From the NCBI GenBank assembly GCA_964010765.1, contig CAXGMD010000073.1, positions 1-17,662 on the forward strand: DNA of 17,662 nucleotides, given 5' to 3'. Below, piece by piece: positions 1-8,028 of the stretch (its first letter is position 1; each line of letters starts with the position of its first letter). The DNA is from an uncultured bacterium (GTDB lineage: Bacteria > SAR324 > NAC60-12). A program made the position numbers and the translations under genes. Under the pieces are notes generated by a model. That model was not told where the DNA came from, did not search any database, and worked only from the letters and a program-made list of their open reading frames with translations.

Positions 1-22
1 CTCATTAGGGTTCATTCTTTTT

Positions 23-1261
23 TTATTGAAGTGGTTGTTGAACCAATATCCTTTTCTTCCGCTTCAGCCAAAGCAACCATCCCGCTAAAAGAAGCAGGGG
101 AGGGGCCAAAACCGTGTTTAGTGACTCCCAACCGATATGATTCTGTAATACCCCCGCCAGTAGTGAACCACTCGCAGCTGACCCAAACACTAGTACGTCA
201 TTGACTCCCTGCACCAGTGCCTTCTCCTCGGGCCGATAGGTTTCCGTCAATAGTGTTGTGCCGGCAATGAACATGAAATTCCAGCCCACTCCCAACAATA
301 TCAGAGCAGACCAGTAAAACACAAAGAACTGTCCCTGGGTATTGATCAGGATACATAGTAGGTTCAGGCCGATTCCTACCAGCATGATGTTCTTGCTACC
401 GAAGCACTGAATTATGTTTCCAGTGAAGAAAGAAGGTAGGAACATGGCAATGATATGCCACTGAATAACGAAGGCTGATGTAGAGAAAGAGTGATGATGA
501 GCCTGCATGGAGAGCGGGGTTGCTGTCATGACTAGTGACATTGCTGCGTAGCCCAGAGCGGCACTGAGGATACTGACTTTCCAGGAAGTCTGGCGAGTGA
601 TTTCCCAGAATGGACGTGTTCGGGGTTGCTGCTCACTGGCCGCGGGCTTTGGTAGATCTACCAGTTGCAACAGTAGAAAAATCAGGATGTAGAGACCTAT
701 CAGGGACTGGTAACTTCCCATGAAAGGAGCTCCTTCCACCCAATCTTTGGTCAGCAAGGCGATTCCAGGTCCGAGAACTCCAGATAAAATCCCACCAAAT
801 AACACAAGAGAGACGGCCCTTGCCTTGTGTTCCTTAGGAGTCACTTCGATAGCCGCAAATCGATAGAGCTGCCCAAAACCAAGTAGACAACCGATCAGAT
901 AACTGCCTAAGCAGAAAAGAATGAAACTTTCGGATTGAATCGCATAGATGTTCATTAACCCTCCCAACATGCCGACGAGAGTCCCCAGTCGGAAACCGTT
1001 GCGTCGCCCAATTCTTTGCATCAGTAGAGAAGCTGGAATACCGCTGCTCATCGTGCCAAGTAAATTGAGAAAAAGAGGTAGCGTGGCCCATGCCGGGTCG
1101 TCGGCAATTCGTTGTCCTACCAAGGCGGCCGCTGAAATCGTCAAACTCGCAGAGGTGCCTGACAGAGCAAAGCACAGTCCTAACCAGCCGACAGTTGAGG
1201 GAATTTTTTCAAACCATTTTCGCAGAAATGAATCTAAATTTAAAAACACCAAAATACTCAA
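23..1261 (-). CDS. MFS transporter, RfnT-like (riboflavin transporter-related) family
   Basis: 412-aa hydrophobic ORF with about 12 TM stretches and MFS loop motif LMQRIGRRNGF. The motifs QLYRFAA, KARAVSLVLFGG, IQWHIIAMFLPSFFTG, LILLGVGWNF and YRPEEKALVQG match the RfnT-like MFS subfamily as I recall it. The TTG start is uncertain and the substrate is not established. Confidence 0.85.
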   Translation of the reverse strand: MSILVFLNLDSFLRKWFEKIPSTVGWLGLCFALSGTSASLTISAAALVGQRIADDPAWATLPLFLNLLGTMSSGIPASLLMQRIGRRNGFRLGTLVGMLGGLMNIYAIQSESFILFCLGSYLIGCLLGFGQLYRFAAIEVTPKEHKARAVSLVLFGGILSGVLGPGIALLTKDWVEGAPFMGSYQSLIGLYILIFLLLQLVDLPKPAASEQQPRTRPFWEITRQTSWKVSILSAALGYAAMSLVMTATPLSMQAHHHSFSTSAFVIQWHIIAMFLPSFFTGNIIQCFGSKNIMLVGIGLNLLCILINTQGQFFVFYWSALILLGVGWNFMFIAGTTLLTETYRPEEKALVQGVNDVLVFGSAASGSLLAGVLQNHIGWESLNTVLAPPLLLLAGWLLWLKRKKRILVQQPLQ

Positions 1262-1394
1262 ATAATCTTAAAAAATGCGGAGTGAAAAAACTAAGTAATC
1301 TTAAAGTTTCAACTACAGGATGAAGAAATACTGATATTATTTAATGATAATTTTCGTGTAAAGTTCTTATAAAATTAATTGTAATTCAATGTCT

Positions 1395-1444
1395 AATTTG
1401 ATTAAAAATTAATCAGTTAATTTGAATTTGACCAAAAATTAACC
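1395..1444. promoter_or_regulatory. Tandem putative transcription-factor sites (20-bp direct repeat, 30-bp period; first copy palindromic)
   Basis: AATTTGATTAAAAATTAATC (1395-1414) vs AATTTGACCAAAAATTAACC (1425-1444) are 17/20 identical. TGATTAA-AAA-TTAATCA (1399-1415) is a perfect inverted repeat. Lies in the divergent intergenic region. Confidence 0.5.
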
Positions 1445-1752
1445 TTTTGAATTGTGCGATACACTAATCAGCATATTCACTCACGAGAAAAAGACTTGAA
1501 ATATTAGGTAATAAATCACTAACTATCCTTCGATTCTAGTATCAAACATTCTAAAATATAGGCACAAACTTTCATTTGAAGCCGACGTAAGACTGTAAAT
1601 TCATTTAGACAATTGGATGGTCTGGAAAAGCTGTTCTAGCCACATTGATGATGGAAAAGAGCTGTGCAATGGTAATGAAAGGAGGTGATGTTAGACACAA
1701 CTTTAAAGATGATTTATTTTGCTGAACAATTATTTTCATTATTGAGGTAAGA

Positions 1753-3258
1753 ATGGATCGAAACGAAAAAGATATAACTGTAAATACTGAAAACGTGGAA
1801 TCCGATGGTTCAACCCGTAGAACTTTCATTAAAGGTTCACTTGCAGTGGGAGCCGCGCTTGCAATGCCTGCGATTATCACTTCAAAGTCAGCACAAGCCG
1901 CTGGGCACGCAGCTGCAGTTAAAGTCGGACATCTGGAGGATCTGTCAGGAAATTTAGCAGTGTATGGAGTTCAGAAAGACCACGCTGCACAGCTAGCTGT
2001 TTCGGAAATTAATGCTGGATTAACTTTGAAAGGTGGCCCAGTTGGATCCGGTGGTTTAGGTGCTTTCGGAAATGTAGCGAGCAAGCCACCCTTGATGGGA
2101 GTCGGCAAGGGTGACCTTAATTATGTAAACGATGGTGGAGGTCGTTCTAAAGAAGCTGTCACATTCACTGAAGACGATGAAATTTTGGTGGATTCAGGCG
2201 ATGATGGCATTCTTGGAAGACCTGTTGAACTCATCAATCTTGATGGCCAATCCAATAATAATGTCTGGCAACAGCTAACAAGAAAATTGATTCAGGGTGA
2301 CAAGGTAGATTGCTTGGTTGCAGGCTTTACAAGTGCTGAGCGAGAAGCAATTAGGCCAATTGTAGACCAGTTCAAGCAATTATATATCTACACGAATCAG
2401 TATGAAGGTGGGGTTGCAGACGCCAATACATTTTGTACAGGGGCAATCTGCGAGCAACAGGTGATCCCTGTTGTCGATTACATGGTGAAAACCTTTGGGC
2501 CGAGAATCTACACGATAGCAGCCGACTACAATTTTGGACAACTCACGGCTGCATGGACAAAGGCAACAGCACCATTGGTCGGTGGGGAAATTATTGAAGA
2601 GGAATTTGTTCCACTTAGTGTTTCTGACTTCAGTACATCGATTGCCCGAATCCAAGCAGCAAAACCTGATTGGGTCTTCACACTCCTTGTAGGATCAAAT
2701 CAGTCGAATTATTATCCACAAGCTTCAGCTGCAGGACTTGAATATCCGATGGCATCAACTGTTAACATGGCACAGGGCTACGAGCACCGTAGATTTTCTG
2801 CACCATCACTGAACAGGATGCATAATTGCGTGAACTACATCGAAGAAATTCCTACGAAGAGAAATAGGGATTTTGTCCAAAGATGGTACAAAATGTTCCC
2901 GAATGACCCATACATTGGTCAGATGGCGCAAAACACATACTTCTCAATCCACATGTACGCAAAGGCTGCAAGATTAGCAGGTACTACGGAGCAAGAAGCT
3001 GTTAAAAAAGCTCTGGAGTCTGGAATGAGCATCGAGGCTCCAGAGGGTACCGTCTTCATGGAGCCAGCAACTCACCACGCAGGACATTATATTCGATTAG
3101 CTGTGGCTGATGCAGAGCATAATGTTCAGTTCTTGAGAGAGTGGCCAATGATTACTCCGTGGTGGCTACATAGAATGGGTGTAAATCTCGTTGGTAAAAA
3201 GGAATACAAGCAGTATATTCCAGATGAGGATCCTTACTTCACAATGTTTGGGAAGTAA
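1753..3258 (+). CDS. ABC transporter substrate-binding protein, urea/short-chain amide (UrtA/AmiC/FmdD-like), Tat-exported
   Basis: Twin-arginine signal STRRTFIK plus hydrophobic h-region and AQA cleavage site. Family motifs VKVGHLEDLSG, LAVSEINA, GILGRPVEL, FTSAEREAIRP, YTNQYEGG and AADYNFGQ. RBS GAGG at 1744-1747. Confidence 0.9.
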   Translation: MDRNEKDITVNTENVESDGSTRRTFIKGSLAVGAALAMPAIITSKSAQAAGHAAAVKVGHLEDLSGNLAVYGVQKDHAAQLAVSEINAGLTLKGGPVGSGGLGAFGNVASKPPLMGVGKGDLNYVNDGGGRSKEAVTFTEDDEILVDSGDDGILGRPVELINLDGQSNNNVWQQLTRKLIQGDKVDCLVAGFTSAEREAIRPIVDQFKQLYIYTNQYEGGVADANTFCTGAICEQQVIPVVDYMVKTFGPRIYTIAADYNFGQLTAAWTKATAPLVGGEIIEEEFVPLSVSDFSTSIARIQAAKPDWVFTLLVGSNQSNYYPQASAAGLEYPMASTVNMAQGYEHRRFSAPSLNRMHNCVNYIEEIPTKRNRDFVQRWYKMFPNDPYIGQMAQNTYFSIHMYAKAARLAGTTEQEAVKKALESGMSIEAPEGTVFMEPATHHAGHYIRLAVADAEHNVQFLREWPMITPWWLHRMGVNLVGKKEYKQYIPDEDPYFTMFGK

Positions 3259-3267
3259 AAATTAAAA

Positions 3268-3288
3268 GCCCGGGGTGTTCTCCCGGGC
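3268..3288 (+). other. GC-rich intercistronic stem-loop after the binding-protein gene (mRNA stabiliser or partial attenuator)
   Basis: GCCCGGG-G-TGTTC-T-CCCGGGC, 9 nt after the stop codon. There is no U-tract, so it is not a canonical terminator. Confidence 0.6.
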
Positions 3289-3305
3289 ATCTCTTGAAAG
3301 TGATT

Positions 3306-4181
3306 ATGGAAATAGCACCTCTGATAATAAGCTTAGTGTACCAAGCATTAACTGCTGGTGCATTTTTGGTGTTGTGTTCGATAGGTCTAATGATTGTGCT
3401 AGGTATGATGAACATAATCAACTTAGCTCACGGTGAAATTATGATGATTGGGGCATATGTGGCCTCGCTATTAGTAACAGAAGGACTACCATTTTTCCTA
3501 ACATTACCTTTTTGCTTTCTCGTTGGTGTTTTGGTCGGATTGGTAATTGAATTTCTATTCATTAGGTACTTATACTCGAGAATTTTATCTGCTTTAGTAT
3601 TGACTTGGGGACTAGGATTAATAATTGCGCAAGGAGCATTATTAATTTATGGTCCATTTTTACCTTCAATAAAAATTCCATTTGGCTCAATTGAATATGG
3701 TGGGTTTACTTACTCGATATACCAATTGTTTTTGATTTTTGTTGCAGCTTTGCTGGTAGCGCTGATTTATTTTATTCTTCAGAAAACAGAATTGGGTCTG
3801 AAGGCACGTGCGACAATGCAAAACCCAGAAATTGCGTCAACAATTGGGATCAATAGGAAGAAAATGTTTTCTATAACTTTCGCATTCGGCGCGGGTTTAG
3901 CCGCTTTAGCTGGAGGAGTGTTAGCACCAACAACAACGATCGCACCATTCATGGGAACACAATTTGTCGCGCCAGCTTTCATAACTGTGGTTGTAGGTGG
4001 GGCTACAAATATAATAACAGGTACTCTTTATAGTGCAGGATCACTAGCAGCTATTAGAACACCAATTGGTATGTACCTAGGATCATTTGCAGGAACAGTG
4101 GGTCTATTCTTCGCAGCACTAATATTAATTAGACTTTATCCTAATGGGCTAGCAAGCATTAGACTTTTTGGTAGAAGGTAA
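3306..4181 (+). CDS. HAAT-family ABC transporter permease (UrtB/LivH-like)
   Basis: Motifs GMMNIINLAHGE, LGLKARATMQNPEIASTIGIN and AFITVVVGG. ATG 3306 preferred over the TTG at 3294. Confidence 0.9.
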   Translation: MEIAPLIISLVYQALTAGAFLVLCSIGLMIVLGMMNIINLAHGEIMMIGAYVASLLVTEGLPFFLTLPFCFLVGVLVGLVIEFLFIRYLYSRILSALVLTWGLGLIIAQGALLIYGPFLPSIKIPFGSIEYGGFTYSIYQLFLIFVAALLVALIYFILQKTELGLKARATMQNPEIASTIGINRKKMFSITFAFGAGLAALAGGVLAPTTTIAPFMGTQFVAPAFITVVVGGATNIITGTLYSAGSLAAIRTPIGMYLGSFAGTVGLFFAALILIRLYPNGLASIRLFGRR

Positions 4182-4182
4182 A

Positions 4183-5220
4183 ATGGGACCATTACAGCTT
4201 TTCCTGGGAGAACGTGATCTTGGCAAACAAAAGAGTTCATTAATATTTTTTCTGGCTTACTTAGTTAGTTTGTCAATAGTACCTATGGTAATGGGTGATT
4301 ATGAGGCAATGAATTTTGCTTATTTCCTCTTAAATGTTCCATTGGGACTTAGCGTTACTTTAGTTTGGGGCTACTGTGGAATTCTAAGTTTTGGACAAAT
4401 CGCTTTCTTTGGAGTAGCTGGCTACGCATATGGAATAATTGCTGGAAACCTAACTCAACTGCCGGCATATGAATTTATTGGAATTGGTGGTGGTATTTTG
4501 TCAAGCATGTTGCTTGCTTCAATTTTAGCCTACTTTCTATTTTTCGCCAGAGTTGAAAATTGGATTATTCCAGTTTTGACTTTGGTTTTCACACTTTTGC
4601 TAGAAACGTTTCTTGCTCAAACTGCTGGTTACCAATGGAAAATTGGAAACGTTTTGTTGGGTGGTTATAATGGAATGACAGGTATTCCATCAATGCGACT
4701 TCCATGGATAGATGATCCTCTCTATGGGTACTCTTTTTACTATTATGTTCTTACCTTTGTAGCACTTGTTTTTGTGGCTCTAAGAATTTTTATCAATTCA
4801 AAATATGGCTCAATAATTGTAGCAATTCGCGAAGACTCGTTAAGGACAGAGGTTCTAGGATACGACATTAGAAAATGGCAGTTTTTTGTTTTTGTATTAG
4901 CAGCGGCTCTTGCTTCAGTAAGTGGTATTTTATATGTTCAGTGGGGAAATTATATTACACCAAGTCAACTAGGACTAGTAGCAGCTGCACAACCTGTAAT
5001 TTGGGCTGCAATCGGAGGACGTTCAAGTTTATTGGCTGTATCCTTATCTACCATTGGAATGACTTGGTTTTCGTTCACACTCTCCACACAAGGCAACCAA
5101 CTTTCATTAATTTTTATTGGTGCAGCAGCAGTTGCGTCAATAATGCTGTTCCGAGATGGTATTGTTTTAACACTTTGGAATAATGTCGGTAAGCTTGGGA
5201 AATTATTTGAGAAAAAATGA
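4183..5220 (+). CDS. HAAT-family ABC transporter permease (UrtC/LivM-like)
   Basis: Motifs LVWGYCGILSFGQIAFFGVAGYAY, GGYNGMTG, AIREDSLRTEVLGY and IWAAIGGR. ATG 4183 follows AGAAGG and abuts the upstream stop (4179-4181). Confidence 0.9.
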   Translation: MGPLQLFLGERDLGKQKSSLIFFLAYLVSLSIVPMVMGDYEAMNFAYFLLNVPLGLSVTLVWGYCGILSFGQIAFFGVAGYAYGIIAGNLTQLPAYEFIGIGGGILSSMLLASILAYFLFFARVENWIIPVLTLVFTLLLETFLAQTAGYQWKIGNVLLGGYNGMTGIPSMRLPWIDDPLYGYSFYYYVLTFVALVFVALRIFINSKYGSIIVAIREDSLRTEVLGYDIRKWQFFVFVLAAALASVSGILYVQWGNYITPSQLGLVAAAQPVIWAAIGGRSSLLAVSLSTIGMTWFSFTLSTQGNQLSLIFIGAAAVASIMLFRDGIVLTLWNNVGKLGKLFEKK

Positions 5221-5255
5221 GATAATTAGATTCGTTAGAACTATTTTTCAAGTAT

Positions 5256-5972
5256 ATGGAAAAAATTATTGAAACAAATAACCTGAGTAAGAAATTTGGT
5301 GGCGTGTCAGCGCTGTCAAACGTGAATTTTCAGGTTGAAAAAAATGAGATCAGATGTGTTATAGGGCCCAATGGTGCTGGAAAATCAACTCTCTTCAAAG
5401 CACTTTTTGGTCTTATTAAATTAGATAGTGGTACTGTCGTTGTTAAAGGGAAAGAGATTTCAAACTTTGAACCTAGCGCCAGAGTTAGGCTCGGTTTAGG
5501 GATGACCTTTCAGACTATTCGAGCGTACAATAATCTTTCAGTGAGAGAAAATATTGAAATCGCTTCGGGATTTTCGATTGGAAATCATTCTGATGAGAAG
5601 AATGAATTATTGAAAGAACTAATCGAATTGTTTGATTTCTCAATTAACTCAAATTTCCCTTCTAAAAATCTTGCTCATCATCATTTGCAATGGTTAGAAA
5701 TTTTGATGATCATTCACACAGGTGCTGATGTTCTACTTCTTGATGAACCAACAGCGGGGCTCTCAGAGAAGGAAACGGGTATGACTGCTGACGCTGTCAA
5801 GTCATGTAAAAAACATGGCCTAACAATTATTGTTGTTGAACATGATCTTAAATTCATCAAGCAAATCGCTGAAAAAATTACGGTTATGCACCAGGGTGGT
5901 GTTTTTTATGAGGGTGATTTACAGTCTACCCTCAACAATGTTGAGGTGAAAAATATATATCTTGGGCACTAA
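5256..5972 (+). CDS. ABC transporter ATP-binding subunit (UrtD/LivG-like)
   Basis: Walker A GPNGAGKS, Walker B LLLDEP, H-loop VEHD, and QWLEI after a degenerate signature. Confidence 0.9.
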   Translation: MEKIIETNNLSKKFGGVSALSNVNFQVEKNEIRCVIGPNGAGKSTLFKALFGLIKLDSGTVVVKGKEISNFEPSARVRLGLGMTFQTIRAYNNLSVRENIEIASGFSIGNHSDEKNELLKELIELFDFSINSNFPSKNLAHHHLQWLEILMIIHTGADVLLLDEPTAGLSEKETGMTADAVKSCKKHGLTIIVVEHDLKFIKQIAEKITVMHQGGVFYEGDLQSTLNNVEVKNIYLGH

Positions 5973-5973
5973 A

Positions 5974-6693
5974 ATGAATCAGTCCTCTGTTTTGACTACC
6001 CAAGATGTGTGCAGTGGATACGGAACGGCAACTGTTGTACGTGATATCTCAGTAGATATTCTTACAAATGAAATTGTTGGTATTATTGGTAGAAACGGAG
6101 TTGGGAAATCTACATTTGTCAAAACTTTAATTGGGTTAATTCGTGCCAGCAATGGCAAAGTGACCTTATTCGGAAACGATATCACAAACCTGCAGCCTGA
6201 ATTAATTGCTCGCAAGGGAGTTGGATATGTCCCGCAGGGTCGAGGAATTTTTCCAGGAATGACAGTCAACGAACATCTTCTCCTTGGTGGTTATTTACAG
6301 CGAGACTCCAAGAAGCGTTCTAAATTCAACAAACTAATTTTCGATCTTTTCCCTATTCTTCATGAAAGAAGAAGTCAGATGGCAGGATCACTTAGTGGGG
6401 GACAACAAGAAATGTTAGCAATTGGCAGAGCTTTAGCAGGTGGGCCTGAAATACTTATCTTGGATGAACCAAGTGAGGGAGTACAGCCAAATATTGTCGG
6501 TCAAATTGGTGAGGCTATATTGAATTTTCGGAAACAACTCAACTTGTCCATAATTTTGATTGATCAAAATGCTTCATTAATTTCTAACACAGTTGACAGA
6601 GCGTACGCTGTTGAGAAGGGTTCTGTTGTTGCTATGCTTGATTCTGATGCGGTTCGGGATGAAGAAAAGCTTAGCAAAGTTTTGTCAATCTAG
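5974..6693 (+). CDS. ABC transporter ATP-binding subunit (UrtE/LivF-like)
   Basis: Walker A GRNGVGKS, YVPQGRGIF, signature LSGGQQ and Walker B ILDEPSEG. ATG 5974 lies just after the upstream stop. Confidence 0.9.
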   Translation: MNQSSVLTTQDVCSGYGTATVVRDISVDILTNEIVGIIGRNGVGKSTFVKTLIGLIRASNGKVTLFGNDITNLQPELIARKGVGYVPQGRGIFPGMTVNEHLLLGGYLQRDSKKRSKFNKLIFDLFPILHERRSQMAGSLSGGQQEMLAIGRALAGGPEILILDEPSEGVQPNIVGQIGEAILNFRKQLNLSIILIDQNASLISNTVDRAYAVEKGSVVAMLDSDAVRDEEKLSKVLSI

Positions 6694-6708
6694 CCTAAAG
6701 AGGTAGAC

Positions 6709-7722
6709 ATGGAAATGATCATGCGGTCTTACCCCAATGATTGGGTAAGTGATTCGATGATGTACAAGCATGGTATTGCTAAAGCCCCCACCGGCAAAGT
6801 TCATCACTTAAGTGCTGAAAAGCAAGGGAAATACGTTTATACGATTGGGCCCTACAGTAATCCCGTTTTGGAAGTAGAGCCTGGAGATACAATTGTTGCC
6901 GAAACACACGATGCTTTTGAGGGGAAAATTCGATCGGAATCTGACAAACCAACAAAGCTTCTCAAAATGCCTTATCTTAATCCTCAATGTGGGCCCATTA
7001 TGGTCAAGGGTGCACAGCCTGGAGATACGATTTGCATTCACATTGAGAAAATGGTGCCTCGTGGTGATCAGCCTCGGGGCACCTGCTGCATGATTCCTGA
7101 ATTCGGTGCTTTGACCGGAACCAACCTGACTGCAACATTAAACGAACCGTTGCCAGAGATTGTCCGTAAGATTCATGTGGATGAAGAGACTGTCCACTGG
7201 AGCGACCGAATCAAGCTACCATATCGTCCCCACATTGGCACACTGAGTACTTCACCGGAAATTGATTCAATCAATTCCCTAACACCGGATAGCCACGGTG
7301 GGAATATGGACTTGCCTGACATGGGGCCTGGCACCGTGACTTATCTACCTGTTCGCGTTGAGGGTGCACGGGTTTTCATTGGTGATGCGCACGCTTGTCA
7401 GGGGGATGGAGAGGTTTGCGGCGTAGCTGTTGAGTATCCAACTTTTACAACCTTTACCGTAAACGTGATTAAAAATTACAATATCGAGTGGCCACGCCTT
7501 GAAGCAGATGATTTCATCATGGCGATTGGTAGCACCAGACCTCTGGAAGATGCGTGTAGAATTGCTTATCGGGAGCTAATCTATTGGCTTGAGCGGGATT
7601 TTGGTTTTGAACGCTACGACGCCTATATGATGTTGAGCCAATGTGGAAAGGTCCGCTTGGGGAATTTTGTTGACCCCAAGTATACAATGGGAGCTGCAAT
7701 TCCGAAAAAATACATTTCCTAA
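6709..7722 (+). CDS. Acetamidase/formamidase (FmdA_AmdA) family metallo-amidase
   Basis: Motifs NPQCGPIMVKGAQPGD, HGGNMDLPD, GDAHACQGDGEVCGVAVE and DAYMMLSQ. RBS GAGG at 6700-6703. Confidence 0.93.
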   Translation: MEMIMRSYPNDWVSDSMMYKHGIAKAPTGKVHHLSAEKQGKYVYTIGPYSNPVLEVEPGDTIVAETHDAFEGKIRSESDKPTKLLKMPYLNPQCGPIMVKGAQPGDTICIHIEKMVPRGDQPRGTCCMIPEFGALTGTNLTATLNEPLPEIVRKIHVDEETVHWSDRIKLPYRPHIGTLSTSPEIDSINSLTPDSHGGNMDLPDMGPGTVTYLPVRVEGARVFIGDAHACQGDGEVCGVAVEYPTFTTFTVNVIKNYNIEWPRLEADDFIMAIGSTRPLEDACRIAYRELIYWLERDFGFERYDAYMMLSQCGKVRLGNFVDPKYTMGAAIPKKYIS

Positions 7723-7734
7723 TTTTGCCTACCT

Positions 7735-7775
7735 GAGATGTCTTTTCTGGAAATTCTTGCTAGAGAAGGCATCTC
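7735..7775 (+). other. 16-bp stem-loop 3' of the amidase (probable operon 3'-end structure)
   Basis: GAGATGTCTTTTCTGG (7735-7750) pairs fully with CTAGAGAAGGCATCTC (7760-7775) using three G.U pairs. No U-tract follows. Confidence 0.55.
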
Positions 7776-8028
7776 TGAGCCTGCCAAGATTGAAATTTTC
7801 CTCAGTTAGCTCCTATCTCCTCACCCCGTTTGATTACCGAGTTCTCGGTTCCATTCCGCTTTGAAATTACTTTGGTGCGTGAAGGCTTTTGGTGAGATTG
7901 AAGACTTGTCAAAGTAGTTTGGTTCCGTTTTTGCCAGTCTAATTTTGTAAGAAACGATCAGAATCGGATGCTGTTTATCGTTGTTTTCAATAGGGATTTT
8001 TCTTTGATAAATTCACAAACGAGCGAAT

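Noticed and set aside
1..15. Possible start (ATG AAC CCT AAT GAG) of a minus-strand gene downstream of the MFS gene
   Set aside because: Only five codons are visible, which is too little to support a call.
1620..1680. ANTAR (AmiR-type) dual-hairpin antitermination motif in the amide operon leader
   Set aside because: I could not build two hexaloop hairpins with A1/G4, and no leader terminator is visible.
3262..3278. TAAAAGCCCGGG resembles the 3' tail of the ykkC/guanidine-I riboswitch
   Set aside because: The 5' CTAGGGTTCCG-type half is absent and the upstream sequence is coding. A simple hairpin explains it.
7836..7849. Short palindrome ACCGAG-TT-CTCGGT in intergenic DNA
   Set aside because: Only 6-bp arms and a single copy, so it cannot be distinguished from chance.
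8003..8017. TTTGA-TAAAT-TCACA resembles a CRP site
   Set aside because: The spacer is 5 nt rather than the required 6.
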